Shown here piece after piece: positions 29,456-37,684 of a stretch of DNA of 64,000 bases. The stretch spans positions 265,803-329,802 of the forward strand of contig CAVSUY010000027.1 of assembly GCA_963731035.1 (NCBI GenBank), in the 5' to 3' direction. The translations under genes were made by a program, and so were the position numbers. Below the pieces are notes generated by a model that made no database searches, had not been told where the DNA came from, and was given only the letters and a program-made list of their open reading frames with translations. The first letter of the stretch is position 1. Each line of letters starts with the position of its first letter. The DNA comes from an uncultured Gammaproteobacteria bacterium (GTDB lineage: Bacteria; Pseudomonadota; Gammaproteobacteria; Arenicellales; JAANXG01).

Positions 29456-30412
29456 CTATACTATGCCGTGGCGCGCCTTGGCACCCTGGATCGCTTCCAG
29501 CACGCTGATGATCGCATCGTCGCGGTAGGCCTCCAGTTCCTTGATCGAGTGGGCGCCCTGTTGCTCGGCGGTGCCTTGCACGACGTCCTCGATCAACCTG
29601 TCCGTCAGCGGCGGCGCGGCCAGCCTGGTCCACGGCAGCTCCAGAGCCGGACCGAACTGCTCCATAAAGTGACGCATACCGGCCTCCCCACCAGCCAGGG
29701 TATAGGTCAGGAACGTACCCATGAACGACCAGCGTATGCCACAGCCGAAGCGCACCGCGTCGTCGATCTCCCCGGTGGTGGCCACCCCGTCGTTGACCAG
29801 GTGCAGGGCCTCCCGCCACAAGGCTTCCATCAACCGGTCGGCGATAAAGCCCGGTACCTCCTTGCGCACCTTGAGCGGCCGCATCCCCAGCGAAGTATAA
29901 ATAGCCTCGGCCGCATCCAGCGCCTCCGGCGCCGTACGGCCGCCGCCCACGACCTCCACCAAAGGCAGGAGATAAACGGGGTTGAACGGGTGCCCAACCA
30001 GACAGCGCTCGGGAGCCACGGCGTCGGCGTAGAAATCCGATGGCAACAGGCCCGAGGTGGACGAGCCGATCACGGTATCACGCCGCGCGGCCCGGGAGAT
30101 CCGGGCGTGCAGCTCGCGCTTGAGGTCCTCGCGTTCCGGCGCGCTCTCCTGAACGAAGTCTGCCTCCGCGACACAGTCCTCGACGCTGGACGCGAACCTC
30201 AGCCGCGAGATGGAGGCGCCGGGCTCGAGCCCCGTGCGCTCCAAAGCCCGCCAGGCGTTGGCGACGTTGGCCCGCAGCTGTCGCTCGGCGCCCGGCGCCG
30301 GGTCCCAGGCCACCACGTCCAGGCCCCTGGCGAGCGCCCTCGCCGCCCAGCCACTGCCGATGACGCCGGCGCCTATGGCGGCGAAGGTCCTGATGTCAGT
30401 GGTGAATTTCAT
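29456..30412 (-). CDS. cdhA: L-carnitine dehydrogenase (3-hydroxyacyl-CoA dehydrogenase family)
   Basis: Start at [23 protein letters not shown] (Rossmann fold). The [13 protein letters not shown] and GFIADRL blocks and the carnitine-cluster context support the call. Confidence 0.8.
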   Translation of the reverse strand: MKFTTDIRTFAAIGAGVIGSGWAARALARGLDVVAWDPAPGAERQLRANVANAWRALERTGLEPGASISRLRFASSVEDCVAEADFVQESAPEREDLKRELHARISRAARRDTVIGSSTSGLLPSDFYADAVAPERCLVGHPFNPVYLLPLVEVVGGGRTAPEALDAAEAIYTSLGMRPLKVRKEVPGFIADRLMEALWREALHLVNDGVATTGEIDDAVRFGCGIRWSFMGTFLTYTLAGGEAGMRHFMEQFGPALELPWTRLAAPPLTDRLIEDVVQGTAEQQGAHSIKELEAYRDDAIISVLEAIQGAKARHGIV

Positions 30413-30425
30413 GTCGCGCCGCGCC

Positions 30426-31319
30426 TCATGCGCCACGCTTTTTCAGGCCGAGCTTTCCGCGTCCCTCCTCGGGGGTCAGCGGTCTCGCGCCCAGGCGGGT
30501 GATGATCTCGCAGGCGCGTTCGGTCAGCGAGCCATTGCTCGCGTGCACCCCCTTCTCCAGGTACAGGTTGTCTTCCAGACCGACACGCACATTTCCGCCG
30601 AGCAATATCGCCTGCGCCAACATGGGCATCTGCATGCGGCCGATCCCGAAGCCGGCCCACACTGCGCCGTCTGGCATGTTGTCCACCATCGCCTTCATGG
30701 TGCCGGTATCCGCCGGCGCCCCCCAGGGAATGCCCAGACAGAGCTGGAACAACGGTGGAGTGTCCAACAGGCCTTCACGTTGAAGCTGCCTCGCAAACCA
30801 CAGGTGCCCGGTGTCGAAAATCTCCAACTCAGGCTTCACCCCGAGCTCCTGGACACGCTTGGCGCCGCTCCGCAACTGATTGGGGGTCGACACGTAGATA
30901 TAGTCGCCGTCGCCGAAGTTGAGGGTGCCGCAGTCCAGGGTGCAGATCTCGGGCAGCAGCTCCTCGACGTGGGCCAGGCGGGTCAGAGCACCGACCAGAT
31001 CAGTGGCCGCTCCGAATTCCAGGGGATCCTCTCCCGCACCGATCTCGAGGTCGCCGCCCATGCCGGCAGTGAGGTTCACGATCACATCGACCCCGGACGA
31101 GCGGATGCGGTCCACGACCTCGCGGTAGAGATGGACGTCGCGGCTGCCCTTGCCGGTGTCCGGATCCCTGACGTGGCAATGCACCACGGTGGCACCGGCT
31201 TTGGCAGCTTCGACCGCCGCTTCAGCGATCTGCGCGGGGGTTACGGGAATGCCGGGATGCTTGCCCACCGTGTCTCCAGCGCCGGTGACGGCGCAGGTTA
31301 CGATCACGTCGTAGTTCAT
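30426..31319 (-). CDS. cdhC: BKACE-family (DUF849) beta-keto acid cleavage enzyme, dehydrocarnitine cleavage enzyme-like
   Basis: Start at [13 protein letters not shown] (cat at 31317-31319) with a ggaggagg Shine-Dalgarno. The HCHVRDP zinc-ligand block is present. Confidence 0.85.
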   Translation of the reverse strand: MNYDVIVTCAVTGAGDTVGKHPGIPVTPAQIAEAAVEAAKAGATVVHCHVRDPDTGKGSRDVHLYREVVDRIRSSGVDVIVNLTAGMGGDLEIGAGEDPLEFGAATDLVGALTRLAHVEELLPEICTLDCGTLNFGDGDYIYVSTPNQLRSGAKRVQELGVKPELEIFDTGHLWFARQLQREGLLDTPPLFQLCLGIPWGAPADTGTMKAMVDNMPDGAVWAGFGIGRMQMPMLAQAILLGGNVRVGLEDNLYLEKGVHASNGSLTERACEIITRLGARPLTPEEGRGKLGLKKRGA

Positions 31320-31493
31320 GTCTATGCCTCCTCCAGGCAGGAACAGAATGTTCCGAAAATACAGGGACTTGTGCCGTCGACAACGCGCCACAGCGACACA
31401 CTGTTGACTGGCCACGACATCGCCAGTGGCTGCAAAAAGCCCGGTCCGCTGGCATATACTGGCGGCGTGTCCGACGCCAGCCAAAACCCGCCC

Positions 31494-32501
31494 ATGAAAC
31501 CGGAGAGGATCCACTTTCTGCTCATGCCCGGCTTCTCCATGCTGGGCTTCAGCTGTGCTCTGGAGCCCCTGCGTGCGGCGAATCGTTTCGGCGGTGGTCT
31601 CTACGAGTGGCATATCGTCAGCAGCGATGGACGGCCGGTGCCGGCAAGCGGCGGGATCACGATCATGGCCGACCGTTCGATCGCCGACGTACCAAAGGCG
31701 GAATGCGTATTCGTCGTCGCCGGCTACAACCCGCTGGAACACCACGCCCCCGCCATCGCCGCCTGGCTGCGGAAGCTCGACCTATTCGGCGCTACCATCG
31801 GCGCGGTGGACACCGGATCCTTCGTGCTGGCGGAGAGCGGGCTGCTGCACCGGGAACCGGTCACCTTGCATTGGGAAGCCATGCCCGCCTTCGTGGAATC
31901 GTATCCGGGTCTGACGGTGACCCAGGAGTTGTTCGAGATCGGCGACCGCCGGATCACCTGCGCCGGCGGCACCGCGTCCCTGGACATGATGCTTCACCTC
32001 ATCGGCCGCAGGCACGGCAGCGGCCTCGCGGTGCAGGTATCCGAGCAGTTTGTTCAGGGCCAGATCCGGGACCGGTCCGACCACCAGCGCATGGAGATCG
32101 CCGCACGCTACGGGGTGCACAACAAGAAGCTGGTGCAGGTCCTCGGCATCATGGAAAGCCACCTGTCCGAGCTGTTGTCCACCGATGCACTCGCCGTCAG
32201 GGTGGGAGTCACCCGCCGCCAGCTCGAGCGCTTGTTTCGGGAGCACCTGCACGATTCACCGTCCAACTTCTACCTGCGGCTGCGCCTCGACCGGGCCCGC
32301 CAGCTGCTGCAGCAGACCGATATGAACATCATGGAGGTCAGCATCGCCTGCGGCTTCGAATCGGCTTCGCATTTTTCGCGGACCTACCGCGCGCGCTTCG
32401 ATGTCAGTCCGAGCCGGGACCGCGAAGCCCTCCATCCAGCACCCGTTGCCGGCGTGACGCGGGCAACCGCCATCCAAGCGAGTGCCCGGCATGAGCAATG
32501 A
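31494..32501 (+). CDS. cdhR: GlxA-family (DJ-1/PfpI-like plus AraC HTH) regulator, CdhR-like
   Basis: This is the last roughly 335 aa of the 763-aa ORF. The N-domain reads [21 protein letters not shown] and the C-terminal AraC HTH reads [18 protein letters not shown]. It is divergent from the BKACE operon. An alternative GTG start lies at 31467. Confidence 0.8.
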   Translation: MKPERIHFLLMPGFSMLGFSCALEPLRAANRFGGGLYEWHIVSSDGRPVPASGGITIMADRSIADVPKAECVFVVAGYNPLEHHAPAIAAWLRKLDLFGATIGAVDTGSFVLAESGLLHREPVTLHWEAMPAFVESYPGLTVTQELFEIGDRRITCAGGTASLDMMLHLIGRRHGSGLAVQVSEQFVQGQIRDRSDHQRMEIAARYGVHNKKLVQVLGIMESHLSELLSTDALAVRVGVTRRQLERLFREHLHDSPSNFYLRLRLDRARQLLQQTDMNIMEVSIACGFESASHFSRTYRARFDVSPSRDREALHPAPVAGVTRATAIQASARHEQ

Positions 32502-32982
32502 CCCAGTGGACTCCCTGAACACACCGCCGGTCTCGTACCGCGACCGCGTGCGCGCGGAGTGGGTCGACTACAACGGCCACATGAGCGAAGCCTACTACGT
32601 TCTGGTGTTCGGTCATGCCACCGATGCATTCTATGATCTCATCGGCATGGACGACGACTACCGCCGCGCCACGTCGCGCTCAGTGTACACGCTGGAGTCG
32701 CACATCAGTTATCTCATGGAGATCGGAGAAGGCGAAGAGCTCGTGGTGCGCACCCAGGTGCTGGGCGCCGATCACAAGCGCATACACCTGTTCCACGCCA
32801 TGCATCACGGCGAGCCCGGAGATCTGCTCGCCACCAGTGAGCTCATGCTGCTGCACGTCGATACCACGACCCCCGGCGCCGTCGCCTTCGCGCCGGAGGT
32901 CCGGAAACGGCTCGACAAGATCGCGCAGGCGCATACCGATCTCCCGCGTCCGGGCCGCGCCGGGCGCTCCATCAGCCTCTGA
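32491..32982 (+). CDS. cdhB: hotdog-fold acyl-CoA thioesterase, betainyl-CoA thioesterase (CdhB)-like
   Basis: About 163 aa with a 4HBT-type pattern (VDYNGHMSEAYYVLVF). It overlaps the regulator stop by 11 nt. Confidence 0.7.
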   Translation: MSNDPVDSLNTPPVSYRDRVRAEWVDYNGHMSEAYYVLVFGHATDAFYDLIGMDDDYRRATSRSVYTLESHISYLMEIGEGEELVVRTQVLGADHKRIHLFHAMHHGEPGDLLATSELMLLHVDTTTPGAVAFAPEVRKRLDKIAQAHTDLPRPGRAGRSISL

Positions 32983-33014
32983 CGAAGTCGGAACTTGCAG
33001 GCCGGGGACCACTC

Positions 33015-34307
33015 ATGAGCCGATCGCGCGGCATCGGCTTTGTCGAAGCCGCCTCCATTGGCATCGGTGGGATGGTGGGCGGCGGGGTATTCGCGGTCCT
33101 GGGATTGGCGGTGTCCATGGCGCACGGCGGCACCGTGGTTGCCTTCGCCATCGCCGGAGCCGTCGCCCTGCTGACCACCTACGCCTATGTGAAGCTCTCG
33201 GTAACGTTTCCCGGGCAAGGCGGCACAGTGTCTTACCTCAATCGCGCGTTCGGCAAGGGTCTGGTGACCGGTGCGCTCAATGTCCTGCTGTGGTTGAGCT
33301 ACATCATCATGCTGTCGCTGTACGCCTACGCTTTTGGAAGCTACGGGGCCACCTTCTTTCCGGATGCGGCGCAGATCGTGGCCCGGCACGTACTGATCAG
33401 CAGCGTCATTCTCTGTATCGCCCTGCTCAACATGCTCAGCGCCGATGTGATCGGCAAGGCGGAAGACTGGATCGTCGGTTTGAAGCTTTTGATACTGCTG
33501 GTATTCGTGGCACTGGGGTCCACTGGAATAGAGCCGGCGCGCCTGGCGCCGAGCACCTGGTCCCCCACCGTCGATCTGGTGGCGGGCGGTATGATCATCT
33601 TTGTGGCCTACGAGGGCTTCGAGCTGATCGCCAATGCGGCCGGGGACATCCGGGATCCGACCCGAACGCTGCCGAAGGCGTTCTACGCGTCGGTCACCGG
33701 CGTGATCCTGCTCTACCTGCTGATCGCGGCGGTCACGGTCGGCAACCTGCCATTGGCGAAGATCGTTGCAGCCAAGGACTACGCGCTGGCCGCCGCCGCC
33801 AGACCAGTCCTGGGCCAAGCGGGTTTTGCATTGATCGCCGTCGCTGCACTGCTGTCTACGGCTTCGGCCATCAACGCAACTCTGTACGGCGCGGCGCGCC
33901 TGTCCTTCGTGATCGCACGGGATGGCGAATTGCCGAAGTTGTTGGAAAAGAAGGTCTGGAACAAGCCGCTCGAAGGCCTGATCATCACCGCACTGCTGAC
34001 CCTGTTGATCGCCAACAGCCTCGACTTGTCCAGCATCTCCACCATCGGCAGCGCCGGCTTCCTGATCATCTTCGCCGCAGTCAACGCGGCGAACGTTCGC
34101 CTGCGGGCAACCACCGGCGCCGCCGCGTGGATCTCGGCCGTGGCTGCCGCCGCCTGCCTCGGCGCATTGGCGGCCCTGATCTGGCGTACCGCCCTCAACC
34201 ACCCTGCGCGCCTGTGGGTGCTGGGGGCGATGCTCGGGCTGGCGGTCCTCATTGAGGTCGGTTACCGCCTGGTCGGCCGGCGCGCAATCGATCTCCTCGA
34301 GGAATGA
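33015..34307 (+). CDS. APC-family amino acid/quaternary amine permease
   Basis: 430 aa with 12 TM helices and the GIGGMVGGGVF block. It is the last gene of the carnitine cluster. Confidence 0.8.
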   Translation: MSRSRGIGFVEAASIGIGGMVGGGVFAVLGLAVSMAHGGTVVAFAIAGAVALLTTYAYVKLSVTFPGQGGTVSYLNRAFGKGLVTGALNVLLWLSYIIMLSLYAYAFGSYGATFFPDAAQIVARHVLISSVILCIALLNMLSADVIGKAEDWIVGLKLLILLVFVALGSTGIEPARLAPSTWSPTVDLVAGGMIIFVAYEGFELIANAAGDIRDPTRTLPKAFYASVTGVILLYLLIAAVTVGNLPLAKIVAAKDYALAAAARPVLGQAGFALIAVAALLSTASAINATLYGAARLSFVIARDGELPKLLEKKVWNKPLEGLIITALLTLLIANSLDLSSISTIGSAGFLIIFAAVNAANVRLRATTGAAAWISAVAAAACLGALAALIWRTALNHPARLWVLGAMLGLAVLIEVGYRLVGRRAIDLLEE

Positions 34308-34377
34308 AGTCCGCTCAGTCACCCTTGCGGGCGGAGGCGCCCGGCCGCGAGAACGATGGCGATGGGGGCGGCGTCGG

Positions 34378-34965
34378 TCAGCCGCCTATCCAGCGCCACG
34401 CCAGGACGAGCACGATGATCACGCCGGCAGTCCTGTACAACCAGTTTCGGCCGCGGGCAATAATGCCAGCGTCACCGGCTTCGGCGCCGCCCGATTCCGT
34501 TCCCCCGTCCCCCGCCGGGGTCTGGGCAGGCGCCACGATCCGCTCGAAGCGGGAAAAAAAATCGTCCGCCATCTTGCGCGCGGCACCGGCCACCAGACGC
34601 TGTCCGATCTGCGTAATCTTGCCGCCGATCTTTGCATCCACCGTGTAGTGCAGGTGGGTGCCCTCAGAGCCCGGCTCGAGCCGCACCGCCGCCGAACCCT
34701 TGCTGAAGCCCGCGGCGCCGCCGCTGCCGTTGAATTCGAGGATATAGGACTCGCCGGGAACGATGTCGCGCAGGCCGAGTTCCCCTTTGAAGGTCGCCGA
34801 GACCGGGCCCACTTTGGACTTCAGAGTGAGTGTGTATTCGTTGTCGCCCGTGCGCTCCATGCTCTGGCAGCCGGGTATACATTGCTTCAGGACGTCGACG
34901 CTTACCAGGCTGTCCCATACGGTCTTTGCATCGGCCTGGATAAGGCGTGAGTTCTCCAGTTTCAT
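34378..34965 (-). CDS. coxG: CoxG-family SRPBCC protein with a C-terminal membrane anchor
   Basis: MKLENSRLIQADAKTVWDSLVSVDVLKQCIPGC ... matches CoxG (carbon monoxide dehydrogenase subunit G family). A C-terminal TM helix reads AGVIIVLVLAWRWI. Confidence 0.8.
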   Translation of the reverse strand: MKLENSRLIQADAKTVWDSLVSVDVLKQCIPGCQSMERTGDNEYTLTLKSKVGPVSATFKGELGLRDIVPGESYILEFNGSGGAAGFSKGSAAVRLEPGSEGTHLHYTVDAKIGGKITQIGQRLVAGAARKMADDFFSRFERIVAPAQTPAGDGGTESGGAEAGDAGIIARGRNWLYRTAGVIIVLVLAWRWIGG

Positions 34966-35122
34966 GGCTTGGCTCCGGATTGGAATGACCGTGAGATCAA
35001 GCGTATGTGTTTCAACCGCCCGTCCAGCCCCACCGTCTTTCCCCAGCCCGCGTCGCTAAGCCACAGTCCCTTCTGCCAGCCCCTTTCATCCGCGGAGCAT
35101 GCCGTTTATCCTGCCTATCCGT
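34853..35122. repeat. direct repeat copy A (270 bp, identical to 46003..46272)
   Basis: Block-by-block comparison of the printed sequence shows every 10-mer block identical at an offset of 11150. The copy covers the coxG 5' 113 nt plus 157 bp upstream. Confidence 0.95.
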
Positions 35123-35232
35123 ACGAGGCCGATCCGATGATCTGTCCCCTCTGCCAGGGCGAGATGCGGGTGATTACGGTAATTCATGACCGGGGTGTGA
35201 TCCGCCGGATTCTGGAGCATTTGAAGCTGTGA
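35123..35232 (+). mobile_element. IS91-family transposase C-terminal remnant
   Basis: It translates to ...ADPMICPLCQGEMRVITVIHDRGVIRRILEHLKL-stop, the CxxC zinc-ribbon tail typical of IS91/ISCR (Y2) transposases. The remainder of the gene is absent. Confidence 0.55.
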
Positions 35233-35505
35233 AACCTCTGCCCATCAAACCGTAGTCCCCCTGATGACCCTGCCCCGCACTGGCCGACCCGGCCCCCGGG
35301 CGTTGGAATAGCTCATTCACACGATCAGCCAACGTGTCGGTGCTTACATGGAACGCGAAGCTAACATACCGTAGTTTCCCCGATACCTTTTTCTGCCAGT
35401 TCTGATACTCTCATAATGAGCGATGAGTCATGGAATCTTCAAACGAAGCAAATGGTTGTTTCGGGAAAAATGCCAGCACCAATTGGCCCTCAAGGAGATA
35501 GAAAG

Positions 35506-36003
35506 ATGAAAAAGACATTATCAGTTTTAGCAGCATTTGGGTTTGTCCTTGGCATGAGCGGCATGGCGATGGCAGCCGGCACCGCATCCGGCACTATGAC
35601 CGTCACGGCGACCTTGAGTGAAGCTTGTTCGGTGAGCAACGCTACGATGATCTTTCCTCCGTTCTCCCCATTTTTAAGTGGTGATGTGGTTGCGGATACG
35701 GCCGGAACGCTGATGATTAACTGCACTGCCGGGACGACCGCGCCGTTGATTTGGTCAGATACGCCCCGGCTCCTGGTTGGCCCCGCCGCGGCCACCATTG
35801 CCTTTTCCCTGGGTCAGACTGTTGCTACTGCATTAACTAATGCCCTTCCTTTAATATCCACAGGCGAAGCGATTGCCGCTCCTTTTGCCGCAACTGGTGT
35901 GACACAAGCAGTGCCCCTGCATGGATTGATAAAGGCAGCAGACTATGTTGGCAAAGCTCCCGGTGTCTACAGCGCAGCTATCATCGTGAATGTCAGTTAC
36001 TGA
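35506..36003 (+). CDS. spore-coat-U (SCPU/Csu) domain pilin subunit
   Basis: ATG is preceded by aggaga. It has a signal peptide MKKTLSVLAAFGFVLGMSGMAMA, a Cys pair (EACSV ... INCTAG) and a C-terminal ...IIVNVSY strand typical of CsuA/B-type subunits. Confidence 0.8.
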   Translation: MKKTLSVLAAFGFVLGMSGMAMAAGTASGTMTVTATLSEACSVSNATMIFPPFSPFLSGDVVADTAGTLMINCTAGTTAPLIWSDTPRLLVGPAAATIAFSLGQTVATALTNALPLISTGEAIAAPFAATGVTQAVPLHGLIKAADYVGKAPGVYSAAIIVNVSY

Positions 36004-36410
36004 TCGCTCCGGGGCACTTACCCCGAAGCTCGGCTTTGATAAAAGATATAGTTAAGACGCTAATATCCCGCGGCGTGCTGCGGGGGGGTGTATGTCCCTC
36101 TCCGGGTACCCGACGATCTCTGAATGAACTGGTGCTGTCCGCACATCGCCACATCATGTGGGCACGGCAGACGCTTATCATGCCGCACTCAACGCACCGT
36201 CTCACCTGTACAAAACAGGTCGGACTCGCCTCCCCCCTGCTCTACAACAGTCCCATTTTCTTTCTGAACTACCTGCCATGCCGCACCTCTTCCCTCTGAG
36301 TACGCATCGAAATGTCCTTACAAAAGATTCCGTCGGGATATATAGCTAGTTATTGATTCAGGATGACCTTATATCGGGTATTTACAAAGAACGATCAAAG
36401 AGATGGGAAA

Positions 36411-36902
36411 ATGAATAAGGCGCTGTCAGTTTTGGCGGCAATCGGGCTGGTTCTTGGCACGAGCGGGATGGCGGCAGCTGCGGGAACCGCGACGGGTACA
36501 GTGACTGCTTCGGCAACCTTGGAAAATTCGTGTACTGTGAGTGATGACGCCACCATGACCTTTCCCAATTCTGCCGCGCTCTTGAGTACCGCTGATCAAA
36601 CCGCGGATACGGGCACTACGCTGAAAGTCGCCTGTACCACCGGGACCTCGCCGACGATCTGGTCAGACACTCCCCGCATCCTGGTAAACGGCCCCGATTC
36701 CTTTCCCTTCAACCTGAGCCAGGTGAGTGGAGCAGCTAGTAATGACCTACCAACGACGGCTCCAGGTCAAGGTATTCCTGGTTATATTGCGGATGGTTCG
36801 GAGAAAGTCGTGCACCTGTATGGCAAGATCATGGCATCAAATTTTGGTGGCTTACCTGGTAAGTTGTACGCTGCAAACATCACCGTGACTGTTAGTTACT
36901 AA
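36411..36902 (+). CDS. SCPU/Csu-domain pilin subunit (paralogue)
   Basis: It has a signal peptide MNKALSVLAAIGLVLGTSGMAAA, a conserved Cys pair and a C-terminal ITVTVSY strand. It is clearly paralogous to 35506..36003. Confidence 0.8.
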   Translation: MNKALSVLAAIGLVLGTSGMAAAAGTATGTVTASATLENSCTVSDDATMTFPNSAALLSTADQTADTGTTLKVACTTGTSPTIWSDTPRILVNGPDSFPFNLSQVSGAASNDLPTTAPGQGIPGYIADGSEKVVHLYGKIMASNFGGLPGKLYAANITVTVSY

Positions 36903-36919
36903 TCGTTCCGAGGTGTCCA

Positions 36920-37660
36920 ATGTCTGTATCAACTGATGGCAGGATGATGAATGGACAGTTGCGCTGGCTGATGTTGGTTGTCATTTTCGGCACTTTTTCT
37001 GCAAACAGTGCACGGGCCGTAACCATATCACCGGTGATGGTGGAATTGACGCCAGCCCATCGAGTGGTGGCGGTCACCGTCAGCAACGAATCCGATCTCC
37101 CCGTGATCTTGCAAACCGAAACTCTTGCATGGACACAGCTCAACGGTGAGGACCGCCACGAAAAAAACGACGATCTATTGGTCGCGCCGCCGATCGCTGA
37201 AATCAAACCAGGAGGCAGCCAGATTTTTCGTGTTACGCTGCGAAGGCCTGCCTCCGCAGTTGCAGAACGTGCCTATCGTCTGGTACTCGATGATGTGAGC
37301 GCAATCAAAAAAGTGACCAAGGGAATCGGCGTCACCTTCAGCTTTTCGCACCGTCTGCCTGTTTTTGTCGCCGGCACCGGTAAAATTGGTCCGAAACCGC
37401 ATCTTGGAGCGTGCCCGGCCCCTGCCTCGTCCGGCTGCGTGCGCCTGGATAACGAAGGGGACCGTTTTTACCAGGTCAAGCGTCTGAACGTGAAGGGGAA
37501 CGATTGGCATAAGGAGCTGAATGCCGGCACCCGCGTCCTGGCTGGCGCCTGGAAGCAATGGACCTTCGCCTGGCCGGCCAACCATAACGAGCTGCTGACA
37601 GTGAATGCCGAGACTTCGGCCGGGCCGGTGTCCCTTGAACTACCGGCCCCAAGCCAATAA
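36920..37660 (+). CDS. periplasmic pilus chaperone (PapD/CsuC-like)
   Basis: A gaggtg Shine-Dalgarno precedes the start. A signal peptide is followed by the VTISPVMVEL G1-strand-like motif. Two Ig-like domains are inferred from the size (246 aa) and the position between subunits and usher. Confidence 0.75.
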   Translation: MSVSTDGRMMNGQLRWLMLVVIFGTFSANSARAVTISPVMVELTPAHRVVAVTVSNESDLPVILQTETLAWTQLNGEDRHEKNDDLLVAPPIAEIKPGGSQIFRVTLRRPASAVAERAYRLVLDDVSAIKKVTKGIGVTFSFSHRLPVFVAGTGKIGPKPHLGACPAPASSGCVRLDNEGDRFYQVKRLNVKGNDWHKELNAGTRVLAGAWKQWTFAWPANHNELLTVNAETSAGPVSLELPAPSQ

Positions 37661-37684
37661 CGATTAATTCTCATGCCTTGACAG

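Noticed and set aside
30210-31493. N-terminal 428 aa of the 763-aa ORF 30210..32501
   Set aside because: It is antisense to the L-carnitine dehydrogenase and BKACE genes and featureless. The real regulator begins at 31494 (or 31467).
32805-34322. 505-aa minus-strand ORF and 546-aa plus-strand alternate-frame ORF (32615..34255) over the APC permease
   Set aside because: Both are Arg/Gly/Pro-rich. The 33015..34307 frame gives a coherent 12-TM permease.
36004-36410. ORFs 36036..36299 and 36158..36349 between the two pilin genes
   Set aside because: Their composition is Arg/Ser/Leu/Pro-rich, they have no signal peptide or motif, and they overlap each other in different frames. The region was treated as non-coding spacer (see the pilus finding).
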